A stretch of DNA of 64,000 nt from Chamaesiphon sp. (GCA_965246715.1 CBDFFH010000037.1:103255-167254); one strand, 5' to 3'. Positions 22,248 to 32,640 are shown, numbered from the stretch's first letter. The notes: generated by a model from the sequence alone, not told the origin. Program-made: numbers and translations.

Positions 22248-24585
22248 TAGTCATGCTCCGATCGATTAATTTAGTCATGCTGCCAGTACCAACGATCGCG
22301 ATCGTCGCTGGTATGAATGGTGCCCAGTATCCTGACTGTAATAAGCATAGACAAGCCCCCGACCAGATCGCGATCGACCCAATCCCGATCGTACCCAAAT
22401 ATAACGGACGACGCACCGCGATCGCTAGTAATCCAGCACCCACAGCCAACCCCCAGATCGCCAGGAGATCTGCCCAGAATGGTAAACTGCGGATGAGCGG
22501 TCGTCCATCGATCGCCGCAGCTAGTAACTGACTGACCATTTGCGCTTGGACAACCACCCCTGGTATCGACTGAATTTCCCCGCGATCGCTCGTATAGGGT
22601 ACTAATAAAGCATCGTGAAAACTCGGTGCGGTCGTACCGATCAGGACGATCCGATCTTTGAAGGTATCCGCGCCGATCTGTCCGCTCAATACCTGTTGTA
22701 AAGTCACTCTGGGGGCAATGTCGATCGGATTTGGGGTCGCTCGATAATTTAACAAAATCTGGTGTCCGAGTAGATCGCTCTGCTGATATCCGCCGCTGTG
22801 AGCTTCTAGCGGTGCGAATGTTAGTTTACCGAGCTGCCAAGTATCATTGGGTAGGTATTCTAGCTTGATGCCTTTGGTGGCGAGGTAACGCAATGCTAAT
22901 TGGACGCTTAAGGCATAGTGCGTCTTACATGGCGAGGCGGGAGCCGGATCGAGGGCTAGATAATGACGGCGGACGATCCGATCGGGATCGAGGAGCACAT
23001 CGCTAAAACCAACATTATCTGTGGCTAGCTCTGGTGGCGGTGCCACTCCTGGATCTCCGGCTTCAGCCGAGCTGACTTGGCAAATACCCACCAGCCGATC
23101 GCTAGTTTTTAACTGCTTGGTGAGGTCAGATTCGTTCTTACTGGCGGGATAGTCGCGATAGATATCCAAACCAATAGCAATCGGACGTGCGGGGGTTAAT
23201 TTAGTTAATAATTTGCTTAAAGAGCGATCGGATAATGAACCCCGTCGCGGTTCGCGTTCGTAAGTCTGGGTCTGAAGATCGGCTTCAGTGACCGTGACGA
23301 TCGCCATGCGCGGATCGGGCTTTTCGGTCGGACGCGATCGCATCAAGAGATCGAAAGTACTCAGTTCCCAAGGTTGGAGCATCCCTAAATAGCGGCAGCC
23401 GATGACACATCCAGTCACCGCGAGGCTGACACCGGATGCCAGTCTGACGCGCTCCCAAAATTTGGGAGGTCGAGTGGGGACGATCGGCTGGGGTTGCGGC
23501 GCGATTTCTGGCTGTCCTTGTAAGCCTTGCCAAGTTAGTGTGGGAATTGCTGGGTTCTGAAAGACGATCGGCAACCAACTAGCGGCGGGAAATTCGCCTT
23601 CTAAGCCCTGCAAACTCTCCCGCGCTTGACGAACGGCAAGATGTAGCGGTTCGCCAGCGACAAAAGCTCCAAGCAATTGCTTGAGAAATGCTTGCGCTAC
23701 GCGATCGGGTACGGGGAGACGCATAACGATCGATTGGGGAAGATGCAATCGTCCTAGCTCATCAGCCAGTCCCAAACCATCGCAGGAATTAAAGATTGCC
23801 AATTGTAATCCATTGGCGATCGCCGCTGTAAATCCATGACACAATTCTTGCAAGGTCAAACTCTCATTAGCATTGAGATAAATTCGCCCTCGATCGCCCT
23901 CGGTTTTGCTGTGTCCGGCAAAGAATAAGATCTCCCAGGCTCGCTCCCGCAGATGGCTGTTAAGCTGTTCTCTAGTCGGTTCCTCCAGCAACACCAAATC
24001 TACATTCGGCAGTGTGGAGATTGCCAATCGATCGGTTGCGGTATCGATGCCTTGCCGACATCCCAAAACCGCCAAAATTCTCACCCGATTTGTCGGGCGA
24101 GTGGGTGAGCCGATCGGTGCTGATGGACTGCTGACGACTAACTCGGCGTGAGAATAACGCTCGATAAAATCCCAACAATGCCAAGGGAGATGGTGCAATT
24201 GTCGATCGGTAGTTCGCAACAAAATTTCGACAGCTTCTTGGGGACGGATCGTTTCGCGTAACTTCTTATCGATCGGTTGAAACTCGCGCGCTCCCAGCCA
24301 CTCTTGTAAAGCCAACTTTAGTTGTGCTTCGACTTTTTTACAATGCTCGACTTGCGCTAATGTCCCCGTCGTTACGGAAATCCGCTCTAAGACGATCCGC
24401 GCTAACCGTAAACTCCGATCGTAGTCCTGGTGCCATTGCGCCAATAGTTTGACTAACTCATCGGCTGCGGGTAATGCACCTCTAGCTTCCGTAAAAACTG
24501 CCGTATTGCCCTCGCTAATTTCCAGCAGGATCTGAAAACCTTGTGACAGCGATCCAGTAAAAGTTAGCATTGCCCGCTTACTCAT
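22237..24585 (-). CDS. CHAT + CHASE2 membrane sensor
   Basis: LPW, FFAGHS and IFNSCDG (CHAT). GLDIYRD, DVLLDPDRIVRR and PGV (CHASE2). Three C-terminal TM helices. Confidence 0.9.
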   Translation of the reverse strand: MSKRAMLTFTGSLSQGFQILLEISEGNTAVFTEARGALPAADELVKLLAQWHQDYDRSLRLARIVLERISVTTGTLAQVEHCKKVEAQLKLALQEWLGAREFQPIDKKLRETIRPQEAVEILLRTTDRQLHHLPWHCWDFIERYSHAELVVSSPSAPIGSPTRPTNRVRILAVLGCRQGIDTATDRLAISTLPNVDLVLLEEPTREQLNSHLRERAWEILFFAGHSKTEGDRGRIYLNANESLTLQELCHGFTAAIANGLQLAIFNSCDGLGLADELGRLHLPQSIVMRLPVPDRVAQAFLKQLLGAFVAGEPLHLAVRQARESLQGLEGEFPAASWLPIVFQNPAIPTLTWQGLQGQPEIAPQPQPIVPTRPPKFWERVRLASGVSLAVTGCVIGCRYLGMLQPWELSTFDLLMRSRPTEKPDPRMAIVTVTEADLQTQTYEREPRRGSLSDRSLSKLLTKLTPARPIAIGLDIYRDYPASKNESDLTKQLKTSDRLVGICQVSSAEAGDPGVAPPPELATDNVGFSDVLLDPDRIVRRHYLALDPAPASPCKTHYALSVQLALRYLATKGIKLEYLPNDTWQLGKLTFAPLEAHSGGYQQSDLLGHQILLNYRATPNPIDIAPRVTLQQVLSGQIGADTFKDRIVLIGTTAPSFHDALLVPYTSDRGEIQSIPGVVVQAQMVSQLLAAAIDGRPLIRSLPFWADLLAIWGLAVGAGLLAIAVRRPLYLGTIGIGSIAIWSGACLCLLQSGYWAPFIPATIAIVGTGSMTKLIDRSMTNET

Positions 24586-25748
24586 AGCTCGAATCGCTCC
24601 GTCCGAGTTTCTCCACCACAGGCGATCTCCACCTGAAATGTTTCGCCCGCGTTCGCCCGAAATTGGAATTCGATAGTTTCGGTTTCCGTCGCGCTAGCTC
24701 GACCGATTTCATCCCCATCGGCGGTTAATAATCGCAACTGAGTCGAGCCTGGTAATTGCTTCGCGCCACCGACGGGATGAATTTGCAAACTAACCCGACT
24801 TTCACGATCGCCAATCGGCGCAATCCCGATCGCCAAAGCAATTTGTCCGGTAGCTAATGAATAAACCTTGGCACGGTAAAGATCGCTAGCAACTGGCACC
24901 GCAAGCACATCACTGCGAACGGCGATCGCGATTTGTGATGGTGAGAGCACTAACTCCAGCGCTTGCCACACCGTATCGATGCGATCGTGGAGCCAATCGC
25001 TCAAGCGCGTGACAACGGGAGCGATCTGCCCCGTCTGCCGTTGTCGATAGAGTTGTTGATGCAGTTCGGGATCTTCGACGATCGCCGCCCACAGTTCAAA
25101 GGGGACTGCCAAGCGGGGGAGCAGTTCCGCCGGATCGCCCAACCGCGAGATTAATGGGGTAACTCGATCGGCTGCCAGTGGTGGAATCGGGGCGATCGCC
25201 GCTCTAGTTGCGGTGACTGGATACCGATCGTAAGTCAGCCACAATAGATTCAGATCGGGATTGAGATCCTCTGTTCCCAAGCAATAGGTCCGATCCTGAC
25301 GATCGTAGCAACCTTGAGTTTTGAGTTGTTGATGCGTCGCATACCCGTAGATGTCGATTTTTTGCTCCTCGCTATCTACTTGCACCCCCAGGTAGTAATC
25401 TGCCGCCCAACTGGGAATATCGATCCATTCTTGAGGCACTTCTAGCTCCGATCGATCGATTGCTTCAGTCGGAATTATGGCGATCCGTGTCGTCCCGACT
25501 GTAATTACCGCTCCATTCACTACATCCCAAAACATCGGCATCACAACTGCCTCAACCCAGGTGGTAGCAGTAGGTAAATATTCGGTCTTCAGCCACGGCA
25601 AGATTGTCTCCAGGCATAGTTGATTGAGATAAGCATTCCATTTTTCCCACACGTGGGGATAGGATCGACTCTGCTGCCAAATAGCATCGAGCTTTTCGGG
25701 TACGATTTCTAAGATCCAATCCGTGGATTCGGCAACTGCTGAGAACAT
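24582..25748 (-). CDS. DUF1822 family protein (putative anti-sigma)
   Basis: VPQEWIDIPSWAADYYLGVQV and RLSDWL motifs. Confidence 0.85.
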   Translation of the reverse strand: MFSAVAESTDWILEIVPEKLDAIWQQSRSYPHVWEKWNAYLNQLCLETILPWLKTEYLPTATTWVEAVVMPMFWDVVNGAVITVGTTRIAIIPTEAIDRSELEVPQEWIDIPSWAADYYLGVQVDSEEQKIDIYGYATHQQLKTQGCYDRQDRTYCLGTEDLNPDLNLLWLTYDRYPVTATRAAIAPIPPLAADRVTPLISRLGDPAELLPRLAVPFELWAAIVEDPELHQQLYRQRQTGQIAPVVTRLSDWLHDRIDTVWQALELVLSPSQIAIAVRSDVLAVPVASDLYRAKVYSLATGQIALAIGIAPIGDRESRVSLQIHPVGGAKQLPGSTQLRLLTADGDEIGRASATETETIEFQFRANAGETFQVEIACGGETRTERFEL

Positions 25749-25870
25749 AATTTCGGGGGTCTGGGCTAACGGGGGTGGGGTAAAAGTAGAAGAATGAGCG
25801 GTAGCGAGTAAAGTATCGTAGTGGTGTTCGCGCCTGAATTTTCTTCAAACCGTACCCTAAAATCTATACC

Positions 25871-27043
25871 CTACAACTTATCTATCAGCCACGATCGGAG
25901 ATTTACACTGATATCTTTTAATTCGTTTGGATCTGGTAATTTATTCAGCTTTGATTCGATCCAGACGAGTAATGCTGCTAGTAATTGTGCTTCTGCTGTC
26001 CTAATGCGGCGAGAAATAGTCGATTGACTCGTTTGGAAATGAACTGCCAGCTCTTGTTGCGATAAGCCGTCTCGGTAAAAAAGTTTTAGAACTTCAAGAT
26101 GTTCGGAGGTGAGACTTGTCAAGGATTGAGTGAGGATGGCTTCGAGTTCGGATTGCTGACTCGATCGCCGATCGACTTCTTCACGCTCGATCGCTAGATC
26201 GAGCAAGGATTCACCATCAGCATCGGTCAGATCGTCTTGAATTTCGCCAGTGCCAGGTTCGAGTTTGCGCCGATTGAGCGAATCGATCGGTGGATACAGA
26301 TACGCTCGCATCCATTTCGCCAGCTCAGTCATTTGCAGTTCCATCTGCTCGATCGTCAGAACTTCGCCTGGAGAGACTAATTGGTGTTGGCGTTTAGTAT
26401 TATATAGTTCGGCGATTTGACTCCAGACGCTCGGATCGGGAGGTGGCAATGCCTGTGAGTTGCGATCGGCGGGAATATATACTGTTGTAAAACAAAACCA
26501 CGCAAATCGATACCGCTCGGCTTGTAGTCCTACAATTCCCTGCTGTAAGAGTACTTCATCAACTATTTTTTTACTTACCTTTCGCAATAACGACCAATCG
26601 CTACAGCCACCTGCTGCATGTCTTCGTCTGAGCAGATCTTTGAGCGCACTGGAGAGCACTAATTTGGCATAACTCTTGAAATTGGTGTTGCGATCGAGAT
26701 TGAAACTTTTGAAGACGCGGGGAATTTCACTATTGGCAATCTGAAAATAATCTGCCAGGGTATATTGTGGCGATTGCAATTTCCGTGTCATGTCGATCGC
26801 CATCCAGTAGCATACCTCTTGCAAATAAGCCGTCAGGTGCGATTGCGCCAAGGAGTGTTTTTCTAACTGGCGATACCAGCACATCGCCCACACTCGATCG
26901 TCCGTAGTCGGCTGCGAAGCATTAGTTATCTGCTGTTGCATACTCCGTTCCAATTTCGGCTCGCTGCTCCATCGCCGAAATCGATCGTCGTCTAGCAGCG
27001 CAAATGTTGAGAATTGGTCGATAAGGCGATCGCGGGGGCGCAT
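25871..27043 (-). CDS. Sigma-70-like factor (region 4 HTH)
   Basis: HLTAYLQEVCY motif, C-terminal LSQQELA…SQSTISRRI HTH. Confidence 0.8.
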   Translation of the reverse strand: MRPRDRLIDQFSTFALLDDDRFRRWSSEPKLERSMQQQITNASQPTTDDRVWAMCWYRQLEKHSLAQSHLTAYLQEVCYWMAIDMTRKLQSPQYTLADYFQIANSEIPRVFKSFNLDRNTNFKSYAKLVLSSALKDLLRRRHAAGGCSDWSLLRKVSKKIVDEVLLQQGIVGLQAERYRFAWFCFTTVYIPADRNSQALPPPDPSVWSQIAELYNTKRQHQLVSPGEVLTIEQMELQMTELAKWMRAYLYPPIDSLNRRKLEPGTGEIQDDLTDADGESLLDLAIEREEVDRRSSQQSELEAILTQSLTSLTSEHLEVLKLFYRDGLSQQELAVHFQTSQSTISRRIRTAEAQLLAALLVWIESKLNKLPDPNELKDISVNLRSWLIDKL

Positions 27044-27107
27044 GATGGTCGAATAGCAGGATGAGGAGATTATGGTTATTCTTAAATATTTCTATGCCAA
27101 ATTGTAG

Positions 27108-30011
27108 CTATTTCCCCACGCGATCGGGGCAAACAACCCGCGTCCCGATCGATTGTCCCGCTGTTTCCGCAGCAATTAGGGTGACTTTCCCTTTGCCATC
27201 AAAGACCCAACTCACCGCTGGAGATGCGATCTTCGGGCGAGCGACGGTCGCGCTAGCGATCGCAGGTTGAATATCGGTGGCGCGGGGATCTTGCCAAGCC
27301 TCACTAATCAGCGGATCGTTAGCATTGGGGGGAATGCCACCGCGTCCGGTGACAATTAATTTATTCTGGCGATTGTTAGCACTACATACTTGGGAAATTT
27401 GACTGCTAGCATCGATCGTTGCCTTGGGGAGTTCGGTACTGTCTTTGCCCGGATCGATACCTGGAGTGTTGATATTCACCGTTCCATTCTGTCCGAAGGT
27501 GGAACTAGCGGTAATATCATTAGTCGATCCCGATGCTCGTCCGGTGGGACGATATTGGATGTTAAATAGACCTTGACTGACGATATTGACATTACCACCG
27601 TTACCGCCATTAGCATTAGCAGTAATATCATTATTTCCAGGCAGGGCAATAATTAAGGGACTACGGATCGTGATATTGCCACCATTATTATTCTGACGAC
27701 TAGTAGATTGAGTATCGATGGAGCTATTATTTCGCATTAACAGTTTGTCACTATTTGAAATGGTAATATTCCCCCCACTAACAGATTCCCCCGTTGTTTG
27801 CACGGTACTATTATTTAGTAGCAATTTATCGCTGGCGATCGAGATATTCCCAGTTTGTCCCGTACCAAAGCTAGAAGCTAAGATATAGGACAAGTTGCTA
27901 GCTTCAATTGCACCTTTGACATGCAGATCGATATCTCCTGCTCGACCATTACCAGGTGCAGCACTATCCTTTTGGATGCCACTTGCAATAGCACCCTGGT
28001 TAGTTAGGTCGATCGCCCCTGCGTCGATCGAGATTCCGCGACTATTTCCTACTCCCGAACTGCCGATCGTACTAAAAATGCCACCGCCATTACTAACAGA
28101 CAGCTTACCCTGAGTAGCGATCTTAATTTTACCTGCATCGCCCTGTCCAAAAGTATCACTACTGATTATTGAGGCGCTGTAATTAGCCGATGGATCGGAA
28201 CTAGGTAATCCAGAAAGATTAATATCACCAGTCGTTTGAATCTGAATATCGCCCCCATTCCCACGAGTAGTTGATAATGTACCCGCTACAATCAACCCAA
28301 TATTAGATAAACTTAATTCTCGCGCATCGATCGTAATACCTTTGCTATTCCCTACTCCAGTTGAGGCGATCTGGCTACTTATAGTCCCGAAATTAAAGAG
28401 AGACAATTTACCTTGAGTATCGATCGTAATTTTACCAGAATCGCCCTGCCCCGAAGTATTGCTACTAATACCACTATTCTGCAATCTGGTGGGAGCTATC
28501 GACGATGAATCAGATCCAGATATTTGAATATTTCCAGTAGTTTTAATATTGATATCACCTGCATTAGCGCGAGCACTTGGAAATGTATCCGTGGAAATAA
28601 AACTATTATTAGCTAGCTCTAATTCCCGCGCCACAATCTTGATGCCCTTACTATTTCCTATTCCTGTTGAATAGATATTACTAGAAATTATGCCGCCATT
28701 ACTAACAGATAGCTTACCCTGGGTATCGATACTAACCTTGCCCGCGTCTCCCTGTCCATAAGTATCGCTGCTGATAAAAGATAGAGTGGGATTAGTCGAT
28801 GGTGAGTCGGAACCAGATACTTTGATATCGCCAGTAGTTTTAATATTAATATCTCCGCCATCACCTTTACCTGATGATGCAATCCCGATCGCGATTTGAG
28901 AGTTATTGACAACATCTAAAGCACCAGCCTGAATGTTAATGTTGCCAATTTTACCCTCAGATCTAGAGCGCAAACTATTTTTAATTAATGAATTATTTAG
29001 GCTAACTTTACCCGTTGCATCGATATTAATATTGCCAGCAGCTCTAGTTTGTACTCCCGAATTTGTTGCCAAACCTGCATCTAAACCCGCAGGTAGAGTA
29101 CTTGAATTAGCACCTGCATTGAAGAGCGCGAGATTGTTAGCACTGATATTAATGCTGCTACCATTCGAGGAGGAATTATTGAAAAATGTACTCACAGGAT
29201 CGAGATTACTTGTGGCACGAACGGTAATTGAAGCACCATCAGTTAATACGACATTACTGCGATCGATACTAGCACTGCTAAATACCAACCCATTATTATC
29301 GATCGTGACGCTACCAGCAACACTCACTCCGCCAAGATCGACTCGTCCCCCAGGCGCAGAGATCGTCCCGCCACCAGCACTACCGTCAAAGGTGATATTC
29401 CCGCCGATTAAACCAATATATTGGCTGTTGTTAGGTGTTTGCAACGTCCCAAAGTTACTAATCGCACCATTGCCCCCACTGAAATTCAAGCGAGAAACAT
29501 CAAACAATACATTCGGCGCAACGCTTAATAACGGTGCATCGCCATTGCGATTGGTACCAAAGGTTATGGTGCGTCCGCCAGCATCGACTAAATCGAGACT
29601 ATTGGCAGTACTTGCCACAAATGCTTTACCCACATTTAACCGGGCATTGGTGCCAAAGACGATGCCGTTGGGATTGATGAGGAAGAAATTGGCACCGTTG
29701 GAATTGAGCGTGCCATTGATATCCGAGAAGGCAGTTCCCGTCACGCGGGTGATGATGTCGCGATTGCCAACTGGATTGACAAAATTTGCCGATCCCTTTG
29801 TCGGCACTGAGAAATCGGTGAAGCTATGAAATATTGTCTGTCCCTTAGTTACACCACCTGTAATGTTGAAGTTATTGCCATTCCCCGATACTTGGGTACC
29901 GAGGCTACTATCGGCGACGGGTAATCGGTTGGATGGTTGATAGGTTTGAGCACAAACGCTACTGGGAAATAGCAGCACAGCAGTGGTAAGAAAGGGGAGG
30001 TGCTTAATCAT
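27108..30011 (-). CDS. Filamentous haemagglutinin-family TpsA exoprotein
   Basis: FHSFTDFSV and NPNGIVFG TPS domain, about three internal beta-helix repeats, C-terminal TGRGGIP. Confidence 0.92.
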   Translation of the reverse strand: MIKHLPFLTTAVLLFPSSVCAQTYQPSNRLPVADSSLGTQVSGNGNNFNITGGVTKGQTIFHSFTDFSVPTKGSANFVNPVGNRDIITRVTGTAFSDINGTLNSNGANFFLINPNGIVFGTNARLNVGKAFVASTANSLDLVDAGGRTITFGTNRNGDAPLLSVAPNVLFDVSRLNFSGGNGAISNFGTLQTPNNSQYIGLIGGNITFDGSAGGGTISAPGGRVDLGGVSVAGSVTIDNNGLVFSSASIDRSNVVLTDGASITVRATSNLDPVSTFFNNSSSNGSSINISANNLALFNAGANSSTLPAGLDAGLATNSGVQTRAAGNINIDATGKVSLNNSLIKNSLRSRSEGKIGNINIQAGALDVVNNSQIAIGIASSGKGDGGDINIKTTGDIKVSGSDSPSTNPTLSFISSDTYGQGDAGKVSIDTQGKLSVSNGGIISSNIYSTGIGNSKGIKIVARELELANNSFISTDTFPSARANAGDINIKTTGNIQISGSDSSSIAPTRLQNSGISSNTSGQGDSGKITIDTQGKLSLFNFGTISSQIASTGVGNSKGITIDARELSLSNIGLIVAGTLSTTRGNGGDIQIQTTGDINLSGLPSSDPSANYSASIISSDTFGQGDAGKIKIATQGKLSVSNGGGIFSTIGSSGVGNSRGISIDAGAIDLTNQGAIASGIQKDSAAPGNGRAGDIDLHVKGAIEASNLSYILASSFGTGQTGNISIASDKLLLNNSTVQTTGESVSGGNITISNSDKLLMRNNSSIDTQSTSRQNNNGGNITIRSPLIIALPGNNDITANANGGNGGNVNIVSQGLFNIQYRPTGRASGSTNDITASSTFGQNGTVNINTPGIDPGKDSTELPKATIDASSQISQVCSANNRQNKLIVTGRGGIPPNANDPLISEAWQDPRATDIQPAIASATVARPKIASPAVSWVFDGKGKVTLIAAETAGQSIGTRVVCPDRVGK

Positions 30012-30221
30012 GGGAGTGGCAGAGATAGGTAGAAAATCTGACGATATGTTGATGCCAACTGCTTCGTTGCGGCTAATGAAGATCGCCTTGTGCTCTGGCT
30101 GAAAGTATAGCAGCCTCCAATCGAAGCATCATAACAGTTTAGCCACATTTAGGATTCAGCCAAATCAATTAAGCCTACCTAGCGTCTCTTGGCTCCTAGA
30201 CGAGGATAAACAAATAATTAT

Positions 30222-30424
30222 CGATCGCTGTAGGTAGATATAGAAGCTTCAGTCCGTTGGCGTAGCCTCTCTGAAAGAGAATCGCTTTTTGGCAAGACAC
30301 AAAACCTCACACCTACTGCTAGTAGACAGATCCGAGCAATTTTAAAAGGCTTGTGAATAAAACTCGAAAGTAAAACGGATAGGTAATTAGAGACAATCAA
30401 TCGTCAACATAATCACAGGTGACA
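30222..30424 (+). repeat. Conserved ~200-bp leader element, copy R1
   Basis: Aligns by eye with R2-R6. Core GTGAATAAAACTC…GATAGGTAATTAGAGACA. Ends at the ATG of the SH3b gene. Confidence 0.85.
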
Positions 30425-30751
30425 ATGAAAAATATTTTATCGGTTGCACTACTAAGCGCAGCATTTGTAGCAAGTACCCAACTTGGGGCAAGCGCAGATT
30501 TCAGACAAAATAACACGCAATTTGCTATATCCTCGCTCATTACTGTATGTACTGTTAGCGATCCTACTGGTACACCGCTGAACATACGCGCAACACCTAA
30601 TGGCAGAATCATTGGTAGCTTGAGTAATGGAACACGAGTTCAAGTTGGGAGAGGAAGTTCAGGTCGATGGAGGAAGGTTTTCACTGAATCCGGAGAAGGC
30701 TATGTATTAAATGCTTATCTTAGTAACTGCTTGTCATCCCAGCCACAATAG
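30425..30751 (+). CDS. Secreted bacterial SH3 (SH3b) domain protein
   Basis: Signal peptide. DPTGTPLNIRATPNG…W…GYV motif. Confidence 0.8.
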   Translation: MKNILSVALLSAAFVASTQLGASADFRQNNTQFAISSLITVCTVSDPTGTPLNIRATPNGRIIGSLSNGTRVQVGRGSSGRWRKVFTESGEGYVLNAYLSNCLSSQPQ

Positions 30752-30880
30752 TCCAACACACCAAAATGTAACCTTAGTAGGGTGGGCACTGTCTTGTCTC
30801 CCTAAACCGTCGGGAAACAGAGGCGTGCGGGAGCCGCTGCCCACCAGCTAGGTTTCAGGTATCATTCATTACCACTTTAT

Positions 30881-31067
30881 AGCGATCGGATCTGAGCAGC
30901 AGGTATAGAAGCTCAAATCCGATCGCTTTTTAGCAATAACCAAAACCTCAGACCTGTTGTCAATAAATAGATTCGATCGATTTTAAACCGATCGTGAATA
31001 AAACTCCAAAGTTGAACGTATAGGTAATTAGAGACAGTCGATCGTCAACATAATCACAGGTAACAAT
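30881..31067 (+). repeat. Leader element copy R2
   Basis: GTGAATAAAACTCCAAAGTTGAACGTATAGGTAATTAGAGACAGTCGATCGTCAACATAATCACAGG. Confidence 0.85.
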
Positions 31068-31151
31068 ACTTTTGGTGTCGAAGATATCTATGGTGGTGGC
31101 GATCGTGATTTTAATGATGTAGTTGTCAATCTAAATCTTAAAACTGCTTAG
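31059..31151 (+). pseudogene. DUF4114 C-terminal remnant
   Basis: GNNTFGVEDIYGGGDRDFNDVVV…* with no start codon. Confidence 0.7.
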
Positions 31152-31159
31152 ATTTTACG

Positions 31160-31265
31160 ACGGTACAGAATTTGCACGATCGATCGCACTTTGGCAAGAT
31201 CTAAAATATCAGATCTGTTGCGATAAGTTATAGCTGAGTAATTTCAAAACGGTCGCAAATAGAAC
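31160..31265 (+). repeat. Degenerate leader element copy R3
   Basis: GATCGCACTTTGGCAAGATCTAAAA…AATTTCAAAACGGTCGCAAATAGAAC matches the middle part of the element. The 3' core is missing. Confidence 0.55.
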
Positions 31266-31295
31266 ATTATTTATTATCATACATAAAGCAAAATA

Positions 31296-31451
31296 ATGAA
31301 AAAAATACCGATCGCGATCGCTACCTTAATTGCTATTGCTACAATCATTAAACCAGCTCAGTCAAAAGAGATTACTCAGAACAATGTGGGTTTAATGGGA
31401 AAATTTGGTACTGATGGTAGCGTTGGTCTTGGAGCTGGATTGAGGTTTTAG
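31296..31451 (+). CDS. 51-aa signal-peptide + OMP-terminal-strand mini-protein (likely collapsed OMP gene)
   Basis: MKKIPIAIATLIAIATIIKPAQSKEITQNNVGLMGKFGTDGSVGLGAGLRF*. Confidence 0.6.
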   Translation: MKKIPIAIATLIAIATIIKPAQSKEITQNNVGLMGKFGTDGSVGLGAGLRF

Positions 31452-31520
31452 ACATAGCAAAGAGCGATCGCTAAATAATTAGCTTCTAGCCAGTGAGCAC
31501 TGCCTACTGGCTATATTTCT

Positions 31521-31814
31521 TAGTAGTAGGCATAGAAGCTTAAATTCGTTGGCGTAGCCTCTCTGAAAGAGAATCGCTCTTTGACAAGACGTGAAAACTC
31601 ACACCTTCTACTAGCAGATAGATCCGATCGATTTTAAACCGATCGTGAATAGAACTCCAAAGTCGAACGTATAGGTAATTAGAGACAGTCGATCGACAAC
31701 ATTATGACAGGTGACGATCGGTCTAAATGTCTTTTATGCAATTACTTGTGCAAAAGACATTTAGACCGATCGAGCTGGCTAACATTATTGAATTTAGATA
31801 GGCATCGCACAACT
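31521..31814 (+). repeat. Leader element copy R4 plus hairpin-containing 5' extension
   Basis: Core GTGAATAGAACTCCAAAGTCGAACGTATAGGTAATTAGAGACAG. The extension is shared with R5. Confidence 0.85.
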
Positions 31815-32546
31815 ATGGATTGCAAAACTTTAATTTCGTTGACCGCTATTTTCATAGCGGCAACAGCGGCTATTAATGTCAATGCACAGGACATTACCCC
31901 TAAAAAATACTCAGTAGGCCCAGCAATTGAGTTTAGTGGTAATGGCACTTCGTTTGGGATTCAGGGCAAAGTCAATGTCATCCCAAACTTCTCTGTCCGA
32001 CCGATAATTTTATTTGGTTATCAACCAGGGGTGAGTTTTCCGGTGAGTCAAACTTTTACACCAACATCAGGACTATCTAATGATGCAATTGCTCTCTACC
32101 AACTGTCACAGTGTGCTAATCAGAATATACAGTTTTGTAGTGCTCCAGGCAGCCTTGGTTCAGCAGCCGGAAAAAGTACCTCTACTACTATCACCAACTT
32201 AGTCCCCTCTGGAACTGCTTATGGACTAGCTGTAACCTATGACTTTACATTTACCAATAGCAAGATTTCTGGCTATGTTGGACCCAGAGTTTTATTTGTT
32301 TCCGCATCTGGCGATGTGGAGTCTGTCAATGTTAATGCTAATCAAACTAACATTGGACTCATCGCAGGTGTCGATTATGCAATTTCTGACAAGCTTAGTG
32401 CTGGATTGAATGCTACATATGACTTCTCCAGAAGTGGTTCATACACAGCTAAGGGCTATGTAGCTAATAGTCCACTCAATGGTACTTTCCCACTCTCAGG
32501 TGGAGGCAGCTTTAATATCGGGGTTAATGTAGGTTATAGCTTTTAG
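31815..32546 (+). CDS. Small outer-membrane beta-barrel protein
   Basis: Signal peptide, about 8 amphipathic strands, C-terminal GYSF. ATG at 31815 aligns with the paralogue start. Confidence 0.8.
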   Translation: MDCKTLISLTAIFIAATAAINVNAQDITPKKYSVGPAIEFSGNGTSFGIQGKVNVIPNFSVRPIILFGYQPGVSFPVSQTFTPTSGLSNDAIALYQLSQCANQNIQFCSAPGSLGSAAGKSTSTTITNLVPSGTAYGLAVTYDFTFTNSKISGYVGPRVLFVSASGDVESVNVNANQTNIGLIAGVDYAISDKLSAGLNATYDFSRSGSYTAKGYVANSPLNGTFPLSGGGSFNIGVNVGYSF

Positions 32547-32640
32547 CATTATTAGCGGCTTCGCTCTGTAAGCTCAGCGTATCTCAAGCGATCGATCGTC
32601 ACCAAAGCTAGATTTCATTCATTATCTCTTACCGCTCGAT

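Noticed and set aside
28933..29829. 298-aa + strand ORF
   Set aside because: Antisense shadow of the TpsA gene.
31704..31814. Extended N-terminus of the OMP in the ORF track
   Set aside because: It is non-coding leader/hairpin. The paralogue and signal peptide support the ATG at 31815.
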